Virus record (IMG/VR): IMGVR_UViG_3300028197_000002
Length of the DNA: 64,000 nt
DNA from: a virus
Taxonomy: Duplodnaviria > Caudoviricetes
Direction: 5' to 3' (one strand)
Made by a program: the position numbers and the translations under genes
Notes under the pieces: model-generated
Told to the model about the DNA's origin: nothing
Database searches by the model: none
What the model saw: the letters and a program-made list of their open reading frames with translations, nothing else
In this document: positions 10,635-19,707 of the stretch, piece after piece
Layout of the letters: each line of letters starts with the position of its first letter
Position numbering within the stretch: the first letter of the stretch is position 1

Positions 10635-11767
10635 TGTTTAGTGTTGAAGAAAATTTAAAAAGGTCTTCAGAAAAAATTGGATTAAGAAGAGTTGTTTTTG
10701 ATAGAAACAATATTCCTTCTTCTATGGAAAATATCGTTGTACTTGTTTTTTTTGGCGATATGGAATCTTCTTTTACTTTGTCTTCTTTGATTTTAAAAAG
10801 AATAAAAGAAGAGCTTAATTCTTCTAAATATTTTATATTAATATCTTGGCCCGGACATGAATGTTTATATCCTTATGTTGATGAGTTTTGGACTATTGAT
10901 AAAGAATCTGTTCTTCATAAGATGAGATCCAGAGTTAGTAGTTTTGAAAATAATTCTGAATATAAAACACTTCTATTAAGAGAATTAAATGAGTGGTTTT
11001 ATGACGTTCTTTCAGAAGACGCAATAACGTATTACTATGACAAAGGATTTACAAAGAATTTTTTTGATACGTTTAAAGAACCGAGAGTGTTTTTCCCTGC
11101 GATTAATTCTATAGCTTATCTAGGAGTCGATGTAGCTAGAGAATTAAATGAAAAGCAATCTAAGATTTTCATCTATCCAAGTAGAAAAATTAATATTTTC
11201 AAACAAGGAAAGGTTCAATGTGTTGATGTAAAAATAGAATTCTGGAGGAGTATGATAGAGAAGCTTCAGAAAAATGAGCTTTCTCCTGTTATATACAATG
11301 ATGTTTTTACACATGATTTTAGCCAAGAATTTCAAGATTGCATTCATGTCGTGAGCAACAACATGTCTTATGCCTTGACTGCCATGAGATCTTGCGGATT
11401 AGTTTTAGATTGTTTTAGTGGAATTTATAAAATGGCCATATGTGCCAGAACTCCCTTTCTATGCTTTGGAGAGAGGTCTAAGTTTAATTTTATGAAAGAA
11501 TATGAAGTAGACGATTTGTGTGCTTATAATTTAATGCCAAAAGAGTATATTTTTGCATTTTCTACTATATTAACCAAAGGAGAAGAAAGTGACTGGTCTG
11601 CATTGCATATTAGCGCCATAAATAGAGCTAAAAAGATGATAGCAGTTATGGACAGAGATAGACTCCCTCCGACAGTAGAACAGGATAAGGTCGTCCCTTA
11701 TGATATTGTCAGAGAAAACAAAATTAAAAAGTTAGGAACTAAATTCATAAAGGTAAAAGAGGACTAA
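10631..11767 (+). CDS. GT9-like paralog
   Basis: FFGDME...VDEFW and ALTAMRSCGLVLDCFSGIYKMAICARTPFLCF parallel the upstream gene; 4-nt overlap. Confidence 0.5.
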   Translation: MMFSVEENLKRSSEKIGLRRVVFDRNNIPSSMENIVVLVFFGDMESSFTLSSLILKRIKEELNSSKYFILISWPGHECLYPYVDEFWTIDKESVLHKMRSRVSSFENNSEYKTLLLRELNEWFYDVLSEDAITYYYDKGFTKNFFDTFKEPRVFFPAINSIAYLGVDVARELNEKQSKIFIYPSRKINIFKQGKVQCVDVKIEFWRSMIEKLQKNELSPVIYNDVFTHDFSQEFQDCIHVVSNNMSYALTAMRSCGLVLDCFSGIYKMAICARTPFLCFGERSKFNFMKEYEVDDLCAYNLMPKEYIFAFSTILTKGEESDWSALHISAINRAKKMIAVMDRDRLPPTVEQDKVVPYDIVRENKIKKLGTKFIKVKED

Positions 11768-11770
11768 CCG

Positions 11771-12010
11771 TTGAGAAAGCCACTAGTTAGAGTAGAACTT
11801 AAAGAAAGAGGCAGATCCAGTGCTGATAAGGATCGAGCCTTTAGACAACTTCTTTCCACATTTAAAAGAAGGGTTAATGAAGCTGGAATACTTACAACAT
11901 ATAAACAAAAGCAGTTTTATGAAAGCCCAAGTGAAAAAAGAAAGAGAAAAAGGAAAGAAGCAGAAGTAGAATCGCATAAAGAAAAAATAAGAAATTACTT
12001 TTCAAGGTAA
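11771..12010 (+). CDS. rpsU: 30S ribosomal protein bS21
   Basis: L..FKRRVNEAGIL..YKQKQFYESPSEKRKRKR matches bS21. Confidence 0.9.
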   Translation: MRKPLVRVELKERGRSSADKDRAFRQLLSTFKRRVNEAGILTTYKQKQFYESPSEKRKRKRKEAEVESHKEKIRNYFSR

Positions 12011-12020
12011 AAGGTGCAAA

Positions 12021-12293
12021 ATGTCAGATAAAAAAATAAAAATTATGAGTTTGTCTCTCGAACCAGAACTGCACGAACATATAAAAAATTCTGCAAAACG
12101 ACTCGGACACAAAAATGTTTCTAAAATGATTAGAGAGTTAATTTCTAATTACTTGGACTTAATGGTAAACGAAGGGGACGAAACTCCCGTCCTTCTCAAG
12201 GTTCCTAATGAAATTAGAAATGATGAAGAAGAATTGAAAAAATGGCTTTCTGTTAAATTAGAGGCTCTTTCAAAGGCTTTGTTAAAACAATGA
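12021..12293 (+). CDS. Ribbon-helix-helix (CopG-like) DNA-binding protein
   Basis: KIMSLSLEPELHEHIK..AKRLGHKNVSKMIRELI strand-helix-helix pattern. Confidence 0.7.
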   Translation: MSDKKIKIMSLSLEPELHEHIKNSAKRLGHKNVSKMIRELISNYLDLMVNEGDETPVLLKVPNEIRNDEEELKKWLSVKLEALSKALLKQ

Positions 12294-12772
12294 AAATAGT
12301 ACCTGTTGAAGATATCCCTAAAGAAATGGCAGACGTGTCATTGGATAATTTAAATGAGATATATGTCACAGGCAAAAAGATGGAGGCTATTTGTTTAGAA
12401 AACAATGGCATAGGGATTTCTGCTGCGCAGGTTGGAATTCCTTGGAATTTTTTTATTTATTGTGTTTATAAGAAAGATTTTCGTTACATAGTTAATTGTA
12501 AGTATGAGCCATTAACAGAAGAAAAATTTTCAGGGTTAGAGGGATGCCTTTCTATTTTAGATTCAAGTGGAAGTCCTAGAAGATTTAAAGTTCCTAGATA
12601 TAAAAAAATTAAAGTTTCTGGGTACGAGATTGTTTCTGGTGAAAAGCTGTATCTTGAAAAGTTCGAAAAAGATTTCACTCTTAGTCTAGAATCTGTTTTG
12701 ATTCAGCATGAAATAGATCATCAAGAAGGAGTTCTTATATCTGACATTGGCGAAGAGGTTCGGGTTTTTTAA
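12290..12772 (+). CDS. def: Peptide deformylase
   Basis: GIGISAAQVG, EGCLS, QHEIDHQEG. Confidence 0.96.
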   Translation: MKIVPVEDIPKEMADVSLDNLNEIYVTGKKMEAICLENNGIGISAAQVGIPWNFFIYCVYKKDFRYIVNCKYEPLTEEKFSGLEGCLSILDSSGSPRRFKVPRYKKIKVSGYEIVSGEKLYLEKFEKDFTLSLESVLIQHEIDHQEGVLISDIGEEVRVF

Positions 12773-12774
12773 TT

Positions 12775-13056
12775 ATGTTATCAATACTTCAAGTTCAAAA
12801 CGTTTGTTTGGTAGAAGGTGGGAATAAGTGTTGTAGATATTTATTAGAAGACGACCTAGATCCCAGCAAATTTCATTGCAATAAGTTAAGGCCTCTTGAA
12901 AAATCAAAAATAGATAAAGAGGTTAATGGCTTTCTTTCTGATTGTCATGTGAAAAAAGTAAATCCATCAAAATATTCTAAGTCGCTTGGAAATAACTGTG
13001 ATGGATATTTAATTTTGCATCATATAGAACAGGGATACGACAAAGAAGATTCTTAG
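12775..13056 (+). CDS. Cys-rich hypothetical protein
   Basis: 93-aa ORF coupled to def; six Cys. Confidence 0.7.
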   Translation: MLSILQVQNVCLVEGGNKCCRYLLEDDLDPSKFHCNKLRPLEKSKIDKEVNGFLSDCHVKKVNPSKYSKSLGNNCDGYLILHHIEQGYDKEDS

Positions 13057-13538
13057 TCGTCTCTAAGGAATTCGTATGCTTTTGTTTCCACTTTGGCCCC
13101 AAGAGCAGAAATTAAAACGCTTTCCTCAAGATCTTTGTTGTGCAAAGCTTTTATTTCTTTTCCCATAACCTCTGCTGTCTTTTTGTACTCTAAGGCTTTC
13201 TTTCTGTAATCATATATCAAGAATATAAGTAAAGAAAGCACGACAAGACCAACTATTAATCCTCCATCTCCTTGGAATAAAGTTACTCCTGTATTTTTTG
13301 TGTTTGAATTTATAAATCCATTTTGTAAATTTTCTATATCACCAGCTAAGATATCCAATTGGTTTCTTATTGCTGATATATCTGCTAATATTCCATTTTG
13401 ATTATTTTTTATATCTCCAATGTCTCCGCTTCCACCATTTATATTTGGTCCGTTTGGACTAAGAGGGCTAAATTTACATCCGGACACAAATAGGAAGCTA
13501 AAGCTCATAATGAGTGTGAACAAAAAATTTTTATACAT
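13053..13538 (-). CDS. Lipoprotein with internal TM helix (u-spanin-like topology)
   Basis: Start reassigned to the ATG at 13538 (AGGA RBS). Signal MYKNFLFTLIMSFSFLFVSG-C lipobox, heptad region, TM GGLIVGLVVLSLLIFLIY followed by DYRKK. Confidence 0.7.
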   Translation of the reverse strand: MYKNFLFTLIMSFSFLFVSGCKFSPLSPNGPNINGGSGDIGDIKNNQNGILADISAIRNQLDILAGDIENLQNGFINSNTKNTGVTLFQGDGGLIVGLVVLSLLIFLIYDYRKKALEYKKTAEVMGKEIKALHNKDLEESVLISALGAKVETKAYEFLRDD

Positions 13539-13560
13539 ATTGTTTTTCCTTTGTTTAAAT

Positions 13561-13869
13561 TTATTTTTTAATGTGAGCATCGGCCCATTTTGAGCTTTCT
13601 GGCATTTTATTGTCGTCTGTATACTTTTTCCATTTTTCGTAACTATACAGATCAATATATTCGCTTCTTCTTAATGGTCTATTTTCTTCTGCTTTTTTAA
13701 GAAGTCCTTGTCTTATCTTGTGTAATTCAGGATAGCTCGGACGACCAGAGTTTTGTCCTGCCACAACATTTGCTTTGTTTATTTTCTTTTCAAAAGAATT
13801 GCTAGTTTTTCTTAGATATTCTTTTCTTTCTAAGAAGTCAGAAAATTTTATAAAGCTTTGTTCTTTCAT
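13561..13869 (-). CDS. Basic hypothetical protein with CTS-like start (KFSDFLE)
   Basis: 102-aa ORF; ATATATA upstream. Confidence 0.7.
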   Translation of the reverse strand: MKEQSFIKFSDFLERKEYLRKTSNSFEKKINKANVVAGQNSGRPSYPELHKIRQGLLKKAEENRPLRRSEYIDLYSYEKWKKYTDDNKMPESSKWADAHIKK

Positions 13870-13969
13870 AATAAAGATATATATTGTTTTAATAAAATTT
13901 AAAAATAAAAAAAGAATAATTTATTTTGCATGTGAAGTTTTCGTTTTTCTATGAATTGTGTCAATCCCG

Positions 13970-13998
13970 TTGACATATTAGATTTTTTGTAATAAAAT
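13970..13998 (+). promoter_or_regulatory. sigma70 promoter
   Basis: TTGACA-17 bp-TAAAAT. Confidence 0.75.
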
Positions 13999-14038
13999 GT
14001 TAGTGGAATTTTTAACTTTAAACTTAAAAGGATTTAAG

Positions 14039-14461
14039 ATGAGTGAGTATGTTTTAGAAGCAGAAGAAGACATAGATATAGACGTAGAACTAAAAAATAA
14101 TGAAGATTTAATTGAACAAATAGAAGAAATAGATGGTTTGTCCAAACAGGCCATTTCTAATTATTTTTTAAATGAAGAAATGTATACTGGAGATTTAATT
14201 GAGAAAAGTCTAATTCATTTGCCCTATTATGTTTTATTGGTTAGAAATACATCTGTTTCAGAGGGAGTTGTGAAAGCTTATAAAATGATTGAAGATTGTG
14301 GTTTTAAAGATTCTATTTCTATAAATAAAAGTAGTATGCCAGAAGATGTTAAATTTGTTTTAAATTTGATAAAAAAAATACAAAGAGAAGTTTCTCAAGA
14401 ATTTGTTGGTGGAATATTGTTGATGCATTTAGAGTTAATTGAAGGAATAGAGATGTGGTGA
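14039..14461 (+). CDS. Hypothetical protein
   Basis: ATG after an AAGGA RBS, downstream of the promoter. Confidence 0.7.
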   Translation: MSEYVLEAEEDIDIDVELKNNEDLIEQIEEIDGLSKQAISNYFLNEEMYTGDLIEKSLIHLPYYVLLVRNTSVSEGVVKAYKMIEDCGFKDSISINKSSMPEDVKFVLNLIKKIQREVSQEFVGGILLMHLELIEGIEMW

Positions 14462-14778
14462 TCAGCCGGGAAGATAAAGACATGAGGCTGGTTTCGGGCT
14501 GTTTCTTTGAAAACGAAATAGACAAGAGCAATTCTTGGTTATTGAAATATTTCAAGTCTGATATTCAAATTAGATTTTTAAAATATTACTTAACATTCGG
14601 TGGATACTATTACTTCAGAAGACATACTGGGATTTTTTGTTCAACTAGATATTTGGAATCGCTGAAGAAAAGATTGAGTTATTTATTAAAAATACACAAA
14701 GAGTCCAAGGCCAATTTTGACTTGGATCTTCTTGCTAAAATAGAAATGGGAAAAATTAAGAATTTAAAAGATATATAA
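14455..14778 (+). CDS. Hypothetical protein
   Basis: ORF overlapping the previous gene. Confidence 0.6.
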   Translation: MVISREDKDMRLVSGCFFENEIDKSNSWLLKYFKSDIQIRFLKYYLTFGGYYYFRRHTGIFCSTRYLESLKKRLSYLLKIHKESKANFDLDLLAKIEMGKIKNLKDI

Positions 14779-14793
14779 AGAAGTGATATTCCA

Positions 14794-15225
14794 ATGGAGA
14801 GCAAAATGAAAAAAATTATGTCTTTTAAAGATTATGTGTTAACAAAAGAATCAAGTGCTGCAACTAGATTGCGTAGAGATGCTGCTCTTGGCTTAAAACC
14901 ACCAATTCCAGATGCAATGCTTCACAGCAGATCTACAGCTTCTCCATTTGAAGTAAAAGAAATACAAAAGAAAAATAAGAAAAAAAAAATAAGAAAATGT
15001 AGCGAGTCAGTTCGTTCAGCGCCGCAGAAGCCTGATTCTGTAGAAGACGGCCAGTGTCCAGATTGTGGATCGCCAGCTACGCTATATAATTATGGAATAG
15101 ATGCCGGTGGCAATGAGGATCACAGAACTGATTGCAGCAATCCTAAGTGTGATAATTATGGTATAACTAAAAAATCAACACATCTATCGGCTCCTCGTGG
15201 TAGCATGTCTCGTGGATACATGTGA
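14794..15225 (+). CDS. Basic protein with CTS-like motif and zinc ribbon
   Basis: MSFKDYVLTKES near the start; CPDCG...CSNPKC. Confidence 0.7.
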   Translation: MESKMKKIMSFKDYVLTKESSAATRLRRDAALGLKPPIPDAMLHSRSTASPFEVKEIQKKNKKKKIRKCSESVRSAPQKPDSVEDGQCPDCGSPATLYNYGIDAGGNEDHRTDCSNPKCDNYGITKKSTHLSAPRGSMSRGYM

Positions 15226-15255
15226 AAGAACTAATTTTTTAAGCAGTTGCTTGTA

Positions 15256-15702
15256 ATGGAATCATCAAAAGATATTACTGATTGGGATATTAAATTTTTA
15301 AAATTAGCCCAACACGTTTCAGATTGGTCAAAAGATCCAAGCACTAAAGTTGGAGCTGTTGTAGTCGATGAAGATAATAGGATTGTCTCTATTGGTTATA
15401 ACGGCTTTCCTAAAGGTGTTCGAGATGATGAAAGACTTGAGAATAGAGATGTTAAATATTCTTTAATTCTTCATGCTGAAGAAAACGCTTTGCTTTTTTC
15501 TAAACAGAATTTAAAAAATTGTAAAATCTATACTTACCCTTTGTTTCCGTGTTCTCGTTGTTGTGCAAAAATAATCCAGTGCGGAATAACTGAAATTATT
15601 GCTTTAAAAAATGAAAATCTAAGATGGAAAGACAGCATAAATCTTTCTATTAAAATTTGCGAAGAAGTTGGAATTTCTTATAAATTCGCCTCAGATCTCT
15701 AA
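15256..15702 (+). CDS. dCMP deaminase
   Basis: SKDPSTKVGAVV, IGYNG, HAEENAL, PCSRC. Confidence 0.93.
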   Translation: MESSKDITDWDIKFLKLAQHVSDWSKDPSTKVGAVVVDEDNRIVSIGYNGFPKGVRDDERLENRDVKYSLILHAEENALLFSKQNLKNCKIYTYPLFPCSRCCAKIIQCGITEIIALKNENLRWKDSINLSIKICEEVGISYKFASDL

Positions 15703-15766
15703 GATTTTACTATATTAGGTAAACTCTAGAGTTGGAGATAAGGAGGTGAATTTTCCTCTCTGACAC

Positions 15767-15805
15767 AAACGGTAGAATTTTTTAAAATTATTCTGCCGTT
15801 TTTTT
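15767..15805 (+). terminator. Rho-independent terminator
   Basis: AAACGGTAGAA/TTCTGCCGTTT stem followed by a T7 run. Confidence 0.8.
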
Positions 15806-15812
15806 ATAAATA
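15805..15812 (+). promoter_or_regulatory. T4-type late promoter TATAAATA
   Basis: Exact motif 5 nt before the ATG of the virion gene block. Confidence 0.75.
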
Positions 15813-15817
15813 TACTT

Positions 15818-16774
15818 ATGAGATACTCTGAATTAAATCACGTAAGCGGCTGTGGCGATCAAAGCGGCTGTACGAATCTAAATGGTTGCGAAAGTGGAGC
15901 TGTTGCGGCTGTATGTATAAAAAGACACGATACCCAGCCATCTTTTAGAACATCTGTAGAAGATTGTGACGGCCCTATGGACCTCACAGATACCAACTTG
16001 GTTTTAGAATATAATCTTTGGTCAAGAGCTAAACTTAAAAAATCTATAACGAATACTGATGACACAATTGCTTTTGCTGACAATATAGGATTTGGCCAAG
16101 TAATGCAACATGATGTGATTATTATTGATTCTGGAAGATTACCAGAACACATGCTTGTTATAGGGTTTGATGAAGAAAATAAATTAATAAAAGTTCAGAG
16201 AGGATACAACGGAACTACTGCCATAAGTTTAAAGAAGGGAACTGGACTAAGATCTTTTAGAGCAGTTGATGGAAACGCTGAAATAGAGACTGTTTTAGAG
16301 GATGTTGTCAAAGAAGACGGAACTGTTTTAAAAGATCAAATTGCTGCTACTTATTTTGTAGTCAATTGGAGTCCTGAAGACACATGCTTGCCGGGATGTT
16401 ATTGGCTAGAGTTTAAATTAATTAAAATGAAGTCCTCCTCCTACCTCAGTTCTGCTTCTGTAATATCTTCTTTTACTCCTTCAACATATACTCCAGCAGA
16501 TTTTGGATGCGGATTAGGAGATGGCATGGAATGGGTGAGAAGATTTCCTGTCGATCAAGAAGGCTTTTTAATTCACATAGTAGATTCTCCCACTGCAGAA
16601 ATGAATATATCGGGTAGTAGTATTGGTGGTGGTGGTGGCGGAAGTCATGACCATGTTGCTTCGGATACTGCGCCAATAAGTCCATCTTCTGGAGATCTGT
16701 GGTTTAACACGACAAATTTAAAATTGTATGTTTACTATAACGATGGAACCAGTGCTCAATGGGTAGAAGCATAA
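15818..16774 (+). CDS. Virion structural protein (BppU-like N-terminus, tail-fibre-type C-terminal repeat)
   Basis: IKRHDTQPS...DLT motif; C-terminal PSSGDLWFNTTNLKLYVYYNDG...QWVEA repeat shared with the next gene. Confidence 0.7.
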   Translation: MRYSELNHVSGCGDQSGCTNLNGCESGAVAAVCIKRHDTQPSFRTSVEDCDGPMDLTDTNLVLEYNLWSRAKLKKSITNTDDTIAFADNIGFGQVMQHDVIIIDSGRLPEHMLVIGFDEENKLIKVQRGYNGTTAISLKKGTGLRSFRAVDGNAEIETVLEDVVKEDGTVLKDQIAATYFVVNWSPEDTCLPGCYWLEFKLIKMKSSSYLSSASVISSFTPSTYTPADFGCGLGDGMEWVRRFPVDQEGFLIHIVDSPTAEMNISGSSIGGGGGGSHDHVASDTAPISPSSGDLWFNTTNLKLYVYYNDGTSAQWVEA

Positions 16775-16813
16775 CAAAAGAAATAAATTTAATGAGTAAG
16801 CATAGGAGATAAA

Positions 16814-18331
16814 ATGGCTCAAAATTTTCCAGATAGTCCCGTCTTAAATGACTTGGCAACTGTTAATGGAATTGTTTATAAGTGGAATGGTTTTGCTTGG
16901 GATATTGTTCAATCAGCAGGAGCCAATGTTACCATTAGTGATAATGCGCCTTCTGCTCCTAGCGTTGGAGATCTTTGGTGGGAAAGTGATGTTGGTAGAC
17001 TTAAAGTTTATTATAATGATGGCGTGACGAGTCAATGGGTTGATGCAAGTCCATCTAGTTCCGGAATATCACTAACAAATTTAAGCATAGGATCAGAAGG
17101 AGTTGCTAGTGGAGATGGTTCTTTAGGCTACGACAATACAACAGGAGTTTTTACTTACACTCCTCCTGATTTAAGTAGTTATTTAACCGCTACTTTGGAT
17201 GCTGATATTGACTTAAATGGAAATTCCATAGTCGATTCAACCTTAGCAGGTTTTGTAACATCTAATTTAAGAACATTCGAAACGAAAATTCAATTAGGTG
17301 GAGATTCAGATGCTGACACTTATGGATATGCCATTGGGCAAGAAGCACAAGCCGGTATATATGATGTTACTATTGGTGCATATGCAGGAAAAAATAAAAA
17401 AACTACAAACAATAATTACTCTATTGGAATCGGAGCGTTTGCTCAACAAAATTCAAATCCGGGCGATGAAACAGGAACTGGAGCTATAGCTATAGGAGTT
17501 TTGGCTGGAGATGCTAATCAAGGCGAAAATGCTTTGGCTTTAGGAAGATATGCTGGAAGAAATAATCAAGCCACTAAAAGCATTGTAATTAATGCTACTG
17601 GTAGTGATTTAGAAAATATAACTGCAAATAGCTGTGTCGTTAAGCCCATCAGAAATGCGGCAGGAACACATGGCTTAGAGTATGATCCTGCAAGTGGAGA
17701 AATCACATATGACACATTGTCGTCAGGTGGAATTTCAGACTCTATAACAGAAGGAAATTCTAGTGTGGAGGTCACAGATACAGGTTCAGATGGGCATATA
17801 GACCTAACTACAGAAGGAACTTTGAGATGGGAGATAACGTCAACAGGACATCTTCTTCCATCCACAAATGAAGATTATGACATAGGCTCTGCTAGTAGAA
17901 AAGTTAGGCATTTGTTTTTAAGCGATAATTCTCTTTATTTTGTAGATTCTTCTGATAACGAAAGAGTTCTTAATGTTAATAGCGATGGAAAAATTGTTTT
18001 CGATGGATCTAATATAGCAGACAGAAGCTCTGAAGTTCCTTCGAACGGCGCTGTCATAGATTTAAATAAAACAAATCATTTTGTTTCTCCCGGAGAATCT
18101 TATGTTTTAGAAGATGGAACATACACAGGACAAGAACTTAGTTTTTGGAAACAGGTAGGAGTTGGCTATCCTGAAATAAATGTTTCTAATGCTCTTTGGA
18201 CTAGTACAGGAAATTCAACAGGTATTGAGTCTTCATTTGTTTGGAGATTAAGTGGGGATTATGTCGGCAAGTTTTCTTGTGTATGGAATGGTGCGCAATG
18301 GTGCTTGAGTAGTGGGGAGACAGGAGTTTAA
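16814..18331 (+). CDS. Tail fibre / virion protein
   Basis: NFPDSP...YKWNG..W, GDLWWESDVGRLKVYYNDG, YDNTTGVFTYTPPDL, AIG-repeat (YadA-like) segment, HLLPSTNEDYDIGSASRKVRHLF. Confidence 0.8.
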   Translation: MAQNFPDSPVLNDLATVNGIVYKWNGFAWDIVQSAGANVTISDNAPSAPSVGDLWWESDVGRLKVYYNDGVTSQWVDASPSSSGISLTNLSIGSEGVASGDGSLGYDNTTGVFTYTPPDLSSYLTATLDADIDLNGNSIVDSTLAGFVTSNLRTFETKIQLGGDSDADTYGYAIGQEAQAGIYDVTIGAYAGKNKKTTNNNYSIGIGAFAQQNSNPGDETGTGAIAIGVLAGDANQGENALALGRYAGRNNQATKSIVINATGSDLENITANSCVVKPIRNAAGTHGLEYDPASGEITYDTLSSGGISDSITEGNSSVEVTDTGSDGHIDLTTEGTLRWEITSTGHLLPSTNEDYDIGSASRKVRHLFLSDNSLYFVDSSDNERVLNVNSDGKIVFDGSNIADRSSEVPSNGAVIDLNKTNHFVSPGESYVLEDGTYTGQELSFWKQVGVGYPEINVSNALWTSTGNSTGIESSFVWRLSGDYVGKFSCVWNGAQWCLSSGETGV

Positions 18332-18348
18332 TTTTATAGGAGAACATT

Positions 18349-19698
18349 ATGGCATTTTCATTCCCAACTTCACCTAGTGTTAGTGACACTGTTACTTTAG
18401 GTGGATTAGTTTATATATGGAATGGTTCGAGTTGGGAAACCCAAGTTGTTAATTTAGGTCTTCTTAGCATTAACAATTTGAGCAACGTTGATTTCAATAG
18501 CGTCACTTTAGATGGAAGTAATGGTGACGGTAAAGTTTTAGCTTGGGATCAATCATTGCAATCTTTTGCTCCTATAGATCAATCTGCAGATCTTAGCGTA
18601 ACAACAGCTGCTGCATCAACAACGCCTAGTTTAGCATATGATGATGGAACTGGAGTGTTCACATACACACCTCCAGATTTAGGAAGCTCTATAGTATCTC
18701 AGTCAGAATATTCCAGCACAATAACAACAAATGCATCTGACGCTTCAGAAACTGGATCTTATATCCTAGGGAACACAGGCGCAGCAAGTGCGACTGGATC
18801 ATCCACAGGTTGGTTTTTTGGAGACATTGTTCAAGATCCTGATAATCCGGGAACATCAATTATACTTGATGTAGACAGTGCTATTTTTGGCCCCGGAACA
18901 ACTCTAGGAAATCATGATGGCAATGTTCGAACTCCTACTGGTTCACATACCATTTTAGACGTAGGAACAGATGGAACAGATGGCACATTAACCATTACAA
19001 ATATTACGGCAGATGGAACTTTAGATTTTTCTGGCGCGACTGTTACTGGTGTAGTGGCAGGATCAGACACGCAGATTCAATTTAACAATAGTGGATCTTT
19101 TGGGGCTGATGCTAATTTAATATTTAATTCTTCTGAGCAAAGAGTTGTTGTTGGCTCAGGAGGAACCGGCAAGTTCGAAGCATCAAGTTTCATGGGTCAT
19201 GCTGATCAAACAACATATGTTTCTTCGCAGACTACGGGTTCGGAAAGCACTCACTTTGCTTTAAATAGTACAAGTGGAGTGCTAACTAATATTTATGGAT
19301 TTACTACATTTCAAGGAAACGCTTGTTTTGAAAAACAGGTTCAAGAAAAATTTAGCACAATAAATGCAGCGACTGGAACAGTGACTCATGATTTAGATGA
19401 TGGTCAAGTATTTAGACACACAAGTCCTTCAGCTGACTTTACTGCTAATTTAACAAATATAAATTTAACTGGCGATCATGCAATGACCGTTACAATTGTG
19501 ATTGAACAAGGAGCAACAGCGTTTATTGTTAGTTCGATACAAATTGGAGGAGCTTCTCAAACAATAGAATGGCAAGGGGGAATTACACCTTCTGGTACAG
19601 ACAATGGATTTGATATAATGAGTTTTAGTATATTAAATACAGGAACGACAGGATCTCCTTCTTATTTGGTGATGGGACAATTGGTTGACTTTGCTTAG
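18349..19698 (+). CDS. Tail fibre / virion protein
   Basis: FSFPTSP...YIWNG..W, YDDGTGVFTYTPPDL, GSDTQIQFNNSGSFG; C-terminal beta domain (WQGG..PSGT..G.DI.SF). Confidence 0.8.
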   Translation: MAFSFPTSPSVSDTVTLGGLVYIWNGSSWETQVVNLGLLSINNLSNVDFNSVTLDGSNGDGKVLAWDQSLQSFAPIDQSADLSVTTAAASTTPSLAYDDGTGVFTYTPPDLGSSIVSQSEYSSTITTNASDASETGSYILGNTGAASATGSSTGWFFGDIVQDPDNPGTSIILDVDSAIFGPGTTLGNHDGNVRTPTGSHTILDVGTDGTDGTLTITNITADGTLDFSGATVTGVVAGSDTQIQFNNSGSFGADANLIFNSSEQRVVVGSGGTGKFEASSFMGHADQTTYVSSQTTGSESTHFALNSTSGVLTNIYGFTTFQGNACFEKQVQEKFSTINAATGTVTHDLDDGQVFRHTSPSADFTANLTNINLTGDHAMTVTIVIEQGATAFIVSSIQIGGASQTIEWQGGITPSGTDNGFDIMSFSILNTGTTGSPSYLVMGQLVDFA

Positions 19699-19707
19699 GA
19701 GATAAAA

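Noticed and set aside
13959-13975. TGTCAA-N5-TTGACA inverted pair as back-to-back divergent promoters
   Set aside because: Only the rightward copy has a properly spaced -10; the leftward -10 position reads AAAACT. It could be an operator, but there is no further support.
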